64,000 nucleotides of DNA from Chloroflexota bacterium (GTDB lineage: Bacteria > Chloroflexota > Anaerolineae > Anaerolineales > Villigracilaceae), in contig JBBIGZ010000009.1 in assembly GCA_037447295.1 (NCBI GenBank), positions 8,400-72,399 on the forward strand, written 5' to 3'. A model generated the notes under the pieces. That model saw only the letters and a list, made by a program, of their open reading frames with translations, did no database searches and was not told the DNA's origin. Position 1 is the first letter of the stretch, and each line of letters starts with the position of its first letter. Positions 18,183 to 27,236 of this stretch are shown piece by piece. The translations under genes and the position numbers were made by a program.

Positions 18183-19345
18183 ACATATTTTACCCCACTA
18201 CCCGTATTGAGGAGCAGAACCCGTTCTTGCGGTGCAATCCATCCCACGCGCTGCAGGTGCTGGAGTGCCGCCAGTGTTGCCGCGCCTTCCGGAGCCGCAA
18301 AGATACCCTCCTGAGCTGCCAACATGCGCTGCGCCTGGAGGATCTCCTCATCGCTAACGGCTACTGCCGTGCCACCGCTTTGACGGATCACGCGCAAGAT
18401 CAAGCGATGCGCAAACGGAAGCGGCACACGCAACCCCGAAGCAATCGTCTCGGCATTCGGCCAAAACTGCGCCTCGTCTGCCCCGCACTCGAAGGCGCGG
18501 ACGATCGGAGCACAGCCTTGCGCCTGGACACTCACCATACGGGGACGCTTTTTGCCGATCCACCCCAAAGCCTCCAGCTCTTCAAACGCTTTCCAAATGC
18601 CCACCAGCCCCGTTCCACCGCCGGTTGGGTAGAGGATCACGTCCGGCACATTCCAACCGAAGAACTCGGCAATTTCAAAGCCCATCGTCTTTTTGCCTTC
18701 CAAGCGATAAGGCTCCTTGAAGGTCGAAACATCGAACCAGCGGAAACGCTGGGCTTCCTGAGCGGCCAACCGTCCGGCATCGGAGATCAACCCCTGCACC
18801 AAGCGCAGATCGGCCGCATGGAGGCGCACCTCGTGTTGATTGGCTTGCGGCGCATCGGCAGGCATAAAAACATGGGCTTCCATTCCGGCGCACGCCGCAT
18901 AAGCGGCCAAGGCTCCGCCGGCATTGCCGGCTGTGGGGATCACCAGAGCATGCGCTTTCAGCTCGCGCGCCCGTGAAACGGCCATTGCCAACCCGCGTGC
19001 CTTGAAAGTTCCGGTGGGATTCAGGGATTCATCCTTGAGAAACAGGTGCTCTATCCCCAGGCTCGCCGCCAGCCTTTTGAGTTCCAGGATCGGCGTATCC
19101 CCCTCTCCTAAGGTCACGCGATTCGCTTCCTGCTGCACCGGCAGGAGCTCGGCCCAGCGCCAGAGGCCGCGCGGCCGATCGGCTACCACCTGGGGTTTCA
19201 GCGTTCGTGCTACTTTCTCCAGATCGTAGCGCGCCAGGAGGGGCGCCTGACAGGAAAAGCAAAAGGTCTGCAAGCGATGTGCATCGAAGCGTTTCCCACA
19301 CTGCGAGCATTCGAGGTGGGTCAATGCGCTAGTGGTTCGGCCCAT
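18179..19345 (-). CDS. thrC: threonine synthase
   Basis: 388 aa from MGRTTSALTHLECSQCGK. PLP-lysine motif ESLNPTGTFKARG. The track start at 19474 would overlap trkA by 146 nt. Confidence 0.9.
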   Translation of the reverse strand: MGRTTSALTHLECSQCGKRFDAHRLQTFCFSCQAPLLARYDLEKVARTLKPQVVADRPRGLWRWAELLPVQQEANRVTLGEGDTPILELKRLAASLGIEHLFLKDESLNPTGTFKARGLAMAVSRARELKAHALVIPTAGNAGGALAAYAACAGMEAHVFMPADAPQANQHEVRLHAADLRLVQGLISDAGRLAAQEAQRFRWFDVSTFKEPYRLEGKKTMGFEIAEFFGWNVPDVILYPTGGGTGLVGIWKAFEELEALGWIGKKRPRMVSVQAQGCAPIVRAFECGADEAQFWPNAETIASGLRVPLPFAHRLILRVIRQSGGTAVAVSDEEILQAQRMLAAQEGIFAAPEGAATLAALQHLQRVGWIAPQERVLLLNTGSGVKYV

Positions 19346-20024
19346 GACTCGATGACTTCTGAACAGGACGTAACATTTCGGCCAATTTTGCTGCCGCCTC
19401 CGGACTGGTGATGGCCAAAATCTCATCACCGACCTCGAAGGTAGTCGTTCCGCGCGGCAGGCATACTTTGCCATGGCGAATGATGGCAGCGATCACGCAT
19501 TCCTCCGGTAGCCCTAGGTCCTTAAGCGGAATGCCGATCGCCTTTGCGCCGGGTGGGACTTTCTCCTCCACCAAGGAATAACGGCCGCGGCGCAGCTTGA
19601 GTAGCGTCATCATATCCCCTAGCGACATTTCCTCTTGAATCAGATGCGCCAGAATATCCGCTTGGCTAAGCGCCACATCCACATGGAACTTTTCGTTGAA
19701 GAGCCAGGCGTTGTGAGGGTTGTTAACACGGGCAATGATGCGCGGTACGTGGAACACCACCCGTCCCAAATAACACACCACCAGATTGGTGGCATCATCG
19801 CTCGTACAGGCGACCAGCACATTCGCCCGCCTCACTCCGGCATTTTCCAGATCCTGGGGATTACACGGATTTCCATGATAAATCGCCTCAGTGGGCAATT
19901 CGTGATGCAAGCGGTTCAGCAACTCGCTCCGCTCTTCGATGACCCGCACACTGTGACCTTCGCGCTGCAACAAATAGGCCAGGCGTGAACCCGTCCTACC
20001 ACCCCCGGCAATACAAACGAACAT
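19329..20024 (-). CDS. trkA: TrkA/KtrA-type K+ transport regulatory protein (RCK N+C domains)
   Basis: 231 aa. Rossmann motif MFVCIAGGGRTGSRLA and a C-terminal TrkA-C-like domain. Confidence 0.8.
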   Translation of the reverse strand: MFVCIAGGGRTGSRLAYLLQREGHSVRVIEERSELLNRLHHELPTEAIYHGNPCNPQDLENAGVRRANVLVACTSDDATNLVVCYLGRVVFHVPRIIARVNNPHNAWLFNEKFHVDVALSQADILAHLIQEEMSLGDMMTLLKLRRGRYSLVEEKVPPGAKAIGIPLKDLGLPEECVIAAIIRHGKVCLPRGTTTFEVGDEILAITSPEAAAKLAEMLRPVQKSSSHGPNH

Positions 20025-20025
20025 G

Positions 20026-20682
20026 CTATGCCTCCTTTTCCAAGCGCTTTAGAAGCACCGAAATCCCTTCAAAGGTCGCACTGACATGGAGCACATCCCC
20101 CTCATCCAGAATGCTTTCTGCGAGGGGCAAAGTGGAGCGCCCGGCCCGGGTAAGGGCCACCGGCAGACAATCCACCCCCTGGAAAAGTTCTTGTAGTTTT
20201 TTGCCTTTCCAGGCCGGGGGAATAATGACCTCGTACACTTCAACTTCACCGTTTCCGGCCGAAAAAATCACCTGCCCGCTGGAGGCAGAGAGGAGCTCTT
20301 CCAAGCGTTGTGCGCCCCAGGCCGTAGAGCTGACAATCTGCAGGTTGAATGCTTCCAGCATCGGGCGCAGGCTCGGGTCGTAATTACGGGCTACTACGAG
20401 CGGCACATTGTAGAACGTCCGCGCTACATGCGCTACCACTGCATTGAGGGCATCAAAATTGGTCACTGCGGCCAGGCCATCGGCCTCTTCCACTCCAGCA
20501 TGCAGCAGCGTACCTTCTTTCAAAACATCTTCTGTCACAATGCGGCCGCGAAAATCACTTGGCAAACGAGCAAAAGATTCCCGGTTAGCATCAATGATCG
20601 TAACGTAATGGTTGCTTTTGAACAGCCGATAGGCCAATGCTGCGCCAACTCGGCCACAGCCAACAACAATGTATTTATTCAT
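20026..20682 (-). CDS. trkA: TrkA/KtrA-type K+ transport regulatory protein (second copy)
   Basis: 218 aa from MNKYIVVGCGRVGAALA. An alternative GTG start lies at 20691. The gene ends 1 nt from the downstream trkA. Confidence 0.8.
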   Translation of the reverse strand: MNKYIVVGCGRVGAALAYRLFKSNHYVTIIDANRESFARLPSDFRGRIVTEDVLKEGTLLHAGVEEADGLAAVTNFDALNAVVAHVARTFYNVPLVVARNYDPSLRPMLEAFNLQIVSSTAWGAQRLEELLSASSGQVIFSAGNGEVEVYEVIIPPAWKGKKLQELFQGVDCLPVALTRAGRSTLPLAESILDEGDVLHVSATFEGISVLLKRLEKEA

Positions 20683-20746
20683 GGCATCCACTTCTCCATG
20701 TGCATCAGATTAAACCTTGAAAATCACTTCCGTGCTTCTAGGCAAC

Positions 20747-22690
20747 TCACACCTGATAAGGCACATCTACGATGACAACATCTGGATAAGAGAGCAACTG
20801 ATCCCGCAACAAATCGGCTGTGCGCATGTGCAAGAATTCATGCCAGCGCTTTGATGGCACAAATTGGGGTACAACAATGGTGATCACCTCGTGAGGCTGA
20901 CGATGCGCAATCACTTCCTGCAAATAGTCCAGCAATGGCTCGATGAACAAGCGATAAGGAGAATCCAACACCACCAATCGCGTGCCATCTCCCCAGCGCT
21001 CCCATTTACGGCGCACCTTTTCTGTCTCCTCCGGTTCGATGGAAACATGCACAGCGGTAATATCATCCGAAAGGTATTGTGCATAGCGCAAAGCGGCCAG
21101 TGTACCGCGATGGACACCGCTCAACGGAAGAATAACCCGGTGTCGGACAGCCGTTGGCGGCGCCTCGCCGAATTCCTCCAGCGAAAGTTTGCTCGCCAGT
21201 TCACGGTAATGGCGATGAATGGCAAGGAAGAGCGCAACCAGTATGGGCAAGATCAAAAGCACCAACCAAGCCCCATCGGTGAACTTGGTAATGGCGAAAA
21301 TAAACATGACGATAGCGGTACAAACGGCTCCGAACCCGTTGATTATCATCTTAACATGCCACAGAGGATCATAACGAAGTACCGAATTCCCTTCCTGTTT
21401 CTCTTCACCTGGACGCAAATGGCCGCTTTTCCACCACCGACGTGCCATGCCGGCCTGCGAAAGCGTAAATGACAAGAAAACGCCGATTGCATAGAGAGGG
21501 ATCAAGCGGGTCACGCTAGCACGAAAAGCGATAATCAATGCCGAAGCCAGCACCGCCAGCAAAATGATGCCATTGGAATAGACCAGGCGGCTTCCACGAT
21601 AGGTGAGCTGACGCGGCAGGAAACCATCGCGGGCAACGATGGCGCTTAAGCGGGGAAAATCGGCAAAGGACGTGTTGGCCGCCAGAATCAAGATCAGCAT
21701 CGTCGCCGCGATCAGCGCCAAGTAGAGCACTCCCTGCCCACCGAACACCGTCCGCCCCAATTGCGAGATCACCGTTTCGGTTTCTGAAGGCACCGCATGG
21801 ATGTGCATGGCCAGGAACGAAATGCCCAGGAAGAGCGTGCTCAAGATCACCGCCATCCAGATCAGAGTAATCCCAGCATTGCGGCTGCGCGGTTCCTTAA
21901 AGGCCGTGATCCCATTTGAGATGGCTTCGATCCCGGTCAACGCGGCGGTGCCACTAGAAAATGCGTGCAGGATCAAAAACGGCGTAATGGTTTGGACGAT
22001 ATGTTCCAGTTCGAGCAGCGGCGGATTCACCACCACCCCCAACGAACCTCGAACATACAGAAACAACCCGGTGAAAATCGTCAGGTACATCATGCTGACA
22101 AAAAAGTACGTGGGAACAGCAAAAACAGCACCCGATTCTTTGACCCCACGCAAATTGATCAGCATGATCATCCCCACAAACCCCACCGCGAGCAGCACTC
22201 GATATGGGAAAAGCGAAGGAAATGCGGAAGTCAATTGTGCTACGCCGGAGGATACCGAAACCGCCACGGTCAGCACATAATCGGTGAGCAACGCCGCAGC
22301 TGCCACCAACGCCGGAAACTGTCCAAGATTATCATACGCAACAGTATAGGCTCCGCCGCCGTTTGGGTAAGCGTGGATTGTCTGTTCGTATGAGAGCGCT
22401 ACAATCACCAATAGGGCAACAATCGCCAATGAAATTGGGAACACATAGCCGAAAGCTGCGGTGCCCGCCGCCGCCAGAATGACCATGATCTCCTGTGTGG
22501 CATAAGCGGTCGAGGAAAGTGCATCGGAGGAGAATACGGCTAGACCAATCGCCTTGCCGATGGTCTGATGGGGAGCATCCGCCGTCGAAAGCGGACGGCC
22601 GATCAGCCAAGAAATGAATGTCGGCCACGGCTTGTGCTTGGTGGCGCGATAGATAATCGAAGAAGGAGCGTCATGACCAGACGGGATCAT
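20747..22690 (-). CDS. APC-superfamily permease with a cytoplasmic C-terminal domain of about 190 aa
   Basis: 647 aa with about 12 TM segments. N-terminal motif IGKAIGLAVFSSDALSSTAYATQEI, followed by a soluble tail. Confidence 0.7.
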   Translation of the reverse strand: MIPSGHDAPSSIIYRATKHKPWPTFISWLIGRPLSTADAPHQTIGKAIGLAVFSSDALSSTAYATQEIMVILAAAGTAAFGYVFPISLAIVALLVIVALSYEQTIHAYPNGGGAYTVAYDNLGQFPALVAAAALLTDYVLTVAVSVSSGVAQLTSAFPSLFPYRVLLAVGFVGMIMLINLRGVKESGAVFAVPTYFFVSMMYLTIFTGLFLYVRGSLGVVVNPPLLELEHIVQTITPFLILHAFSSGTAALTGIEAISNGITAFKEPRSRNAGITLIWMAVILSTLFLGISFLAMHIHAVPSETETVISQLGRTVFGGQGVLYLALIAATMLILILAANTSFADFPRLSAIVARDGFLPRQLTYRGSRLVYSNGIILLAVLASALIIAFRASVTRLIPLYAIGVFLSFTLSQAGMARRWWKSGHLRPGEEKQEGNSVLRYDPLWHVKMIINGFGAVCTAIVMFIFAITKFTDGAWLVLLILPILVALFLAIHRHYRELASKLSLEEFGEAPPTAVRHRVILPLSGVHRGTLAALRYAQYLSDDITAVHVSIEPEETEKVRRKWERWGDGTRLVVLDSPYRLFIEPLLDYLQEVIAHRQPHEVITIVVPQFVPSKRWHEFLHMRTADLLRDQLLSYPDVVIVDVPYQV

Positions 22691-22724
22691 ATGTCATCTA
22701 CCAAAGGCTCAAATATACCCTATT

Positions 22725-25700
22725 TTACTCTTTTGGGTTTTGCTTCAAAGGCACTTGCAAATAGAACGTGCTACCTTTGCCAAGCTCGCTCTCTACCCAC
22801 ACCTTTCCCCCATGTCGCTCGGCAATCGAACGTACAATGGCCAACCCGAGACCACTCCCGTGCTGCGCACGCGCCTCGCGCTGGCGCGCCCGATAGAACT
22901 TTTCAAACAAGCGTGGTAGATCGCTCGGGGCGATTCCAATACCGGTATCTTCCACCTCGAAGATCACCGTTTCGCCTTGCGGATAGAGGCGAACGGTCAC
23001 CCGTCCCCCTTCCGGGGTATATTTCAAAGCGTTTTCGACCAGGTTGTAAACAGCCTGATGTAAAAGTGCTTGGTCAGCTTCAATGAAGGGAGGCAATGCC
23101 GCATCCACTTCGAGTGAAAGAGCAATTTGCTTTTGCGTTGCCTGCAATTGGAGGGTATTGAGCACATGCTCAACGGTATCACGCACCGGGATCGTTTCCA
23201 CCTGTAGACCGACGCCGAGTTCAATCCGTCCGAGGTCAAGCAAATTGTTGACCAAGCGGGACATGTTTTCGACCCCAGTGATGATCTTACGTACGTAGCC
23301 CTGCTGCTGTTCGTTCAACTCACCGACCATTTCAAGCATCGTAGCATAGCCGCGCATCAGGGTCAACGGTGAGCGTAGATCGTGGCTCACCGTGGCTACG
23401 AACTCAGATTTCAAGGCATCCAACTGCTTGAAGTGAGTCACATCCCGCAGAATACACACCCGCCCAACGGGGCGTCCCTCGGCCACCACCGGTGAAGCGA
23501 TCGCCAGATAGGTGCGTTCATCGTGGAACGTCAATTCCGCCGATCGCGTCTCCGCAGATGGAGTAGCCAGGAGATCCAGGAGCACCGGCTGGTGGATCAC
23601 TTCGTGGATTGGAGGGCGAACCCCCTTGGCGGTCGGCAAATTCAGCACCTGACGGGCCGTCGGATTCGCCAGGAAAAGACGATTTTGTGGATCGGTAACC
23701 AGGATCGGGTCAGGGGAGGAATTGAGAATTGCCTCCAGCTGGCGCCGACCGGCTTCGACCGTCAGGAAGAGGTGCGCGTTGGCCGCCGCTAGCGCCGCCT
23801 GGCCGCCCAAGGTGGTAATAAAGCGCACATCGGCCTCGGTGAAATTGCGCGGTCCCTCATAAGCTGCCCACATGACACCATAAAAGCGCTGTTCATGACG
23901 TAATGCAACCGCCAGCAATGCCGCCGGCAAATTCTCGGCCGGCACATCTTGGAAAGGGTGCCCGCGCATTAGGTTTGGAAGAACAATTCGCTCCTGCATT
24001 TGGGCTAGAAGGAGAATCTTCTCATCCAGCTCGGCATAACGCTCGGTATTTTCTCCCAGCGCAAAACGTGTGGGCAATTCAACCGGCGTCTCCGGTAGAA
24101 CGGTGGGCGAAAGCACCACACACACCACACTGGCTCCCCCTTCCAAAACCGCCTCCAACACGGGACGGAGCGCATCTTGCATTTCCAGGCTAGAGGCTAC
24201 TCCCTGACTTACCTTGAGCAGACGGTTCAATTCATCCAGGCGAGCGCGCAGGCTGAGGCGCATTTGCTCAAAGGAACGCCCAAGCTGGCCGATCTCATCA
24301 TAGCCACTCACAGCGAGGGGATGATCCAGTTGGCCCTGGGCAATACGATTGGCCTCGCGTGCCAGGTTCTTCAGTGAAGCACTCATCACTCGCAACCCTA
24401 CCCGTAACACCCCAAGGGCCAGAATAGTCAATAAGAAGAGGATTAACCCCAAAGGAGCAGCAATGTTCAGTGCCAGTTGCTGCGCCTGCTGTGCCGGCAC
24501 GGTCAGAACCACACTCCAGGAACGTCCCGGAACAGGCTGAATGAAAACCAATTGACGGGTGCCGTTTGGTGCCACCTGTTCAAAGAAACGCTCTTCAGAG
24601 TTCGTTTGCTCATAGGGCGAAGGCTGCATGATCTGCGTTGGATCTGGATGATACAGGATACGATTTTGTTCATCCACCAGCATCCCTGTCCCTTGCAACG
24701 ACTCCAGACGGCGCAAACCATCCAGTACCGGCTGGACGAGCGGATTGCGCTCCAAGGAGGTACGGGCGATCAGCACCCTCTGACTCTTGCCCTGGGCATC
24801 CACAATACTGCCGATAAAACTGACCCGTGCCGTCTTCTCATTAGGGAGAGGCGGCAACGTGTAGCTCTGGAACATCACACCACCGGCCGCAAAGGAAAGC
24901 GCTGCCTGTTCTTCCGGATAGAGAGGAAACTGCTTCTGTAAGGCGAGGGGATAGGCGGTAAAAATCGTTTTCCCATCCAACGAGAGCACCGCCATCTGAT
25001 CGAAATAGGGGGTCGATTGCATAAACTGTGCCAAGCGCGCCGAAAGTGCCGGCCCTTCTGCTTGCAATATAAGCGGCTCAGCGGTGATCTGAAAAACCAA
25101 ATTCTGCCCGGTTTCGAGGAAAAACGGAATATTCTGAGCGACCGTGCTGGCCGTACTGGAAAGGCGCTCGCGAAACATTTCGCGCGCCGAATTTCCGGCT
25201 ACCGTCCACACCGCGCTCACCAGAGCAACGAACAAGGCCGCCAGGAAGCTGCCGGTCCAGAGCAGGAAACGTGTCTCTAAGCGAGATTCGGCCGGCGAAG
25301 GCTCCAACGGGGTATCCCCCCAAAGCCGAGGAAAGGTCCAAAAGAGAATTTGGGTAATGAGGCCGGCTACGAACATCTCGCCACCAAACGCCAAGGCAAC
25401 CGGCCCCAAACGACTCAGGATGTAATCCACCCGCGCCGGCAGCGAGCCGATCTCCAGAGATAACGTGCTCAGGATATAAAGCGAGAGGTGTAGAGGGATC
25501 AATAACAGAGCAGTAACGAGAGGTTGTCTGAACAGACGATAAGCCGGAGTGCGATAGCGCTGCCGAATGCCGGCCGAGGCGATGATGCCCAAGATAGCAA
25601 ATTCAATGGGAATAAACGGATTATGAGCATCGAAAGGCGTTCGTAACAAGCCGGCTATTCCGGCCACCAATCCTCCCCCCCATGGGCCTAAAATCCCGGC

Positions 25701-26009
25701 CGCCACCAGCCAGGGAATTGCCGAAAGTGGCATGAGAATGGCCGCACTTTCATCCAGAGGGACTTCCGGCAGAGGCAAGGCATTCGCGGCGTTCAGCCCC
25801 AAGCCGAGAAACAGGTTTCCAAAGACCGCCATCCCTAACAAGACGAAAAAGAGCGCCCAGGCACGCCCATTCCACGCCGGCTGATACCTGCGAAAAACGT
25901 GCAACAACCACCCCGCCAGTCCTATCCAGAGTAAGAAGAAAAGCCAACCGATGGGAGATGGCGGATTAACGTAGAATACTCCTTCGAGCAATGTGGGCAA
26001 GAAACGCAT
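22725..26009 (-). CDS. membrane sensor histidine kinase (multi-TM, periplasmic Cache-like, HAMP, GAF, PAS, HisKA, HATPase)
   Basis: 1094 aa. Many N-terminal TM segments, a HAMP-like region (IAQGQLDHPLAVSGYDEIGQLGRSFEQM), H-box VSHDLRSPLTLMRGY and G-boxes (EDTGIGI, GSGLGLAIV). Confidence 0.85.
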   Translation of the reverse strand: MRFLPTLLEGVFYVNPPSPIGWLFFLLWIGLAGWLLHVFRRYQPAWNGRAWALFFVLLGMAVFGNLFLGLGLNAANALPLPEVPLDESAAILMPLSAIPWLVAAGILGPWGGGLVAGIAGLLRTPFDAHNPFIPIEFAILGIIASAGIRQRYRTPAYRLFRQPLVTALLLIPLHLSLYILSTLSLEIGSLPARVDYILSRLGPVALAFGGEMFVAGLITQILFWTFPRLWGDTPLEPSPAESRLETRFLLWTGSFLAALFVALVSAVWTVAGNSAREMFRERLSSTASTVAQNIPFFLETGQNLVFQITAEPLILQAEGPALSARLAQFMQSTPYFDQMAVLSLDGKTIFTAYPLALQKQFPLYPEEQAALSFAAGGVMFQSYTLPPLPNEKTARVSFIGSIVDAQGKSQRVLIARTSLERNPLVQPVLDGLRRLESLQGTGMLVDEQNRILYHPDPTQIMQPSPYEQTNSEERFFEQVAPNGTRQLVFIQPVPGRSWSVVLTVPAQQAQQLALNIAAPLGLILFLLTILALGVLRVGLRVMSASLKNLAREANRIAQGQLDHPLAVSGYDEIGQLGRSFEQMRLSLRARLDELNRLLKVSQGVASSLEMQDALRPVLEAVLEGGASVVCVVLSPTVLPETPVELPTRFALGENTERYAELDEKILLLAQMQERIVLPNLMRGHPFQDVPAENLPAALLAVALRHEQRFYGVMWAAYEGPRNFTEADVRFITTLGGQAALAAANAHLFLTVEAGRRQLEAILNSSPDPILVTDPQNRLFLANPTARQVLNLPTAKGVRPPIHEVIHQPVLLDLLATPSAETRSAELTFHDERTYLAIASPVVAEGRPVGRVCILRDVTHFKQLDALKSEFVATVSHDLRSPLTLMRGYATMLEMVGELNEQQQGYVRKIITGVENMSRLVNNLLDLGRIELGVGLQVETIPVRDTVEHVLNTLQLQATQKQIALSLEVDAALPPFIEADQALLHQAVYNLVENALKYTPEGGRVTVRLYPQGETVIFEVEDTGIGIAPSDLPRLFEKFYRARQREARAQHGSGLGLAIVRSIAERHGGKVWVESELGKGSTFYLQVPLKQNPKE

Positions 26010-26026
26010 GGAATAATCGCTTTTTC

Positions 26027-26032
26027 ATTATA
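26027..26032 (-). promoter_or_regulatory. candidate -10 (TATAAT on the minus strand) for the 22725..26009 kinase gene
   Basis: The reverse complement of attata (26027-26032) is TATAAT, 17 nt upstream of the ATG at 26009. Array D lies just upstream. Confidence 0.3.
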
Positions 26033-26063
26033 ACCTAAAAACCCATAACTGCTTGTGCTTTGC

Positions 26064-26112
26064 GTAGAGATAGACCGTGGACCGTAGGTGGTGGACTGTG
26101 GACCGTAGGTTG
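26064..26112 (-). repeat. tandem heptamer array D, 7 units, minus orientation
   Basis: Units read gtagaga tagaccg tggaccg taggtgg tggactg tggaccg taggttg. It sits in the divergent region between the kinase gene (minus) and the Ser/Thr kinase gene (plus). Confidence 0.85.
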
Positions 26113-26195
26113 TGCTTCCAAGCAAATAAGCACAATAAAAGGCCCTGGTAAAAATTTCAATTGAAATCGGAACAACCGAGATCGATCGTGGCCCA

Positions 26196-26204
26196 TGCTA
26201 TAAT
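26196..26204 (+). promoter_or_regulatory. extended -10 (TGcTATAAT) in leaderless geometry
   Basis: TGcTATAAT, then 6 nt (cgcact), then the ATG at 26211. The predicted TSS coincides with the A of the start codon. No Shine-Dalgarno. Confidence 0.5.
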
Positions 26205-26210
26205 CGCACT

Positions 26211-27236
26211 ATGCACGCAGGGATTACGCTTGGCAAACGCTATCAGCTGCTCGAACAGATCGGACGCGGCGGAATGGCCTACGTCTTCCGCGCGCGGGAT
26301 TTGCTGCTCGATCGCTATGTAGCAGTCAAAATCCTGCGCGAGGATTATTCCCACGATCCGCTCTTCCAAGAACGTTTTCGTCAAGAGGCGCGGGCAGCCG
26401 CTAATCTCAGCCACCCGAACATCGTCACCGTGCACGATTTCGGACTGGATGGCGGCAAGCTCTATATCGTCATGGAATACGTGCCCGGTACCGATCTGAA
26501 GACGCTGCTGCGCCAACGAGGACGTTTTAGCGTGCAAGAGGCCGTTCCACTATTGGTACAAGCCTGCGCCGGGATCGGCTATGCCCATCGAGCCGGGTTG
26601 GTCCATTGTGATGTCAAACCGCACAACATGCTGGTCACACCGGATGGACGGCTAAAAGTCACCGATTTCGGTATCGCCCGTGCATTGGCTACCTTACACC
26701 CCGAAGAAGAAGATGTAGTATGGGGCTCACCACTCTATTTTTCACCGGAACAAGCGGCAGGGCAAGTGCCTACTCCAGCCTCGGATGTGTACTCGCTAGG
26801 GGTTGTGTTGTACGAATTGCTCGCCGGCACCCCGCCCTTCCGCGCCGATAGCCCTCAAGAGTTAGCGCGTCTGCACCTCTATGCCGAACCAACCCCGATT
26901 CGCGAATATGTGCCGGATATCCCTGAACCGCTGGAAGCGATTATCCATAAGGTGCTCTCGAAGGAGCCTTCGGCGCGCTATCGCACCGCCGATCAACTGG
27001 GGCGGGTGTTGGTGCGCTTCGCTATGGATACAGGGACGCCAACCGCCAAAATGAGCACATTTCCGGATACATCCCCCGCGAACGGGGCTCTCCCCGCCCC
27101 ATCTTTGCCCACCACTAGGCGTGTTCTTCCTGCGATTGACTGGGGCACGATCGGACTAGCATTGCTGGCGCTGATTGCCGTAGGTGGATTGATCCCATTC
27201 TGGATGTGGGTCTATTTCGTTTATCACCCAAAATGA
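26211..27236 (+). CDS. Hanks-type Ser/Thr protein kinase with a C-terminal membrane anchor
   Basis: 341 aa. Contains GRGGMAYVFRA, VAVKIL, HCDVKPHNML, DFGIAR and SPEQ, then a Pro-rich linker and one TM segment. Confidence 0.9.
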   Translation: MHAGITLGKRYQLLEQIGRGGMAYVFRARDLLLDRYVAVKILREDYSHDPLFQERFRQEARAAANLSHPNIVTVHDFGLDGGKLYIVMEYVPGTDLKTLLRQRGRFSVQEAVPLLVQACAGIGYAHRAGLVHCDVKPHNMLVTPDGRLKVTDFGIARALATLHPEEEDVVWGSPLYFSPEQAAGQVPTPASDVYSLGVVLYELLAGTPPFRADSPQELARLHLYAEPTPIREYVPDIPEPLEAIIHKVLSKEPSARYRTADQLGRVLVRFAMDTGTPTAKMSTFPDTSPANGALPAPSLPTTRRVLPAIDWGTIGLALLALIAVGGLIPFWMWVYFVYHPK

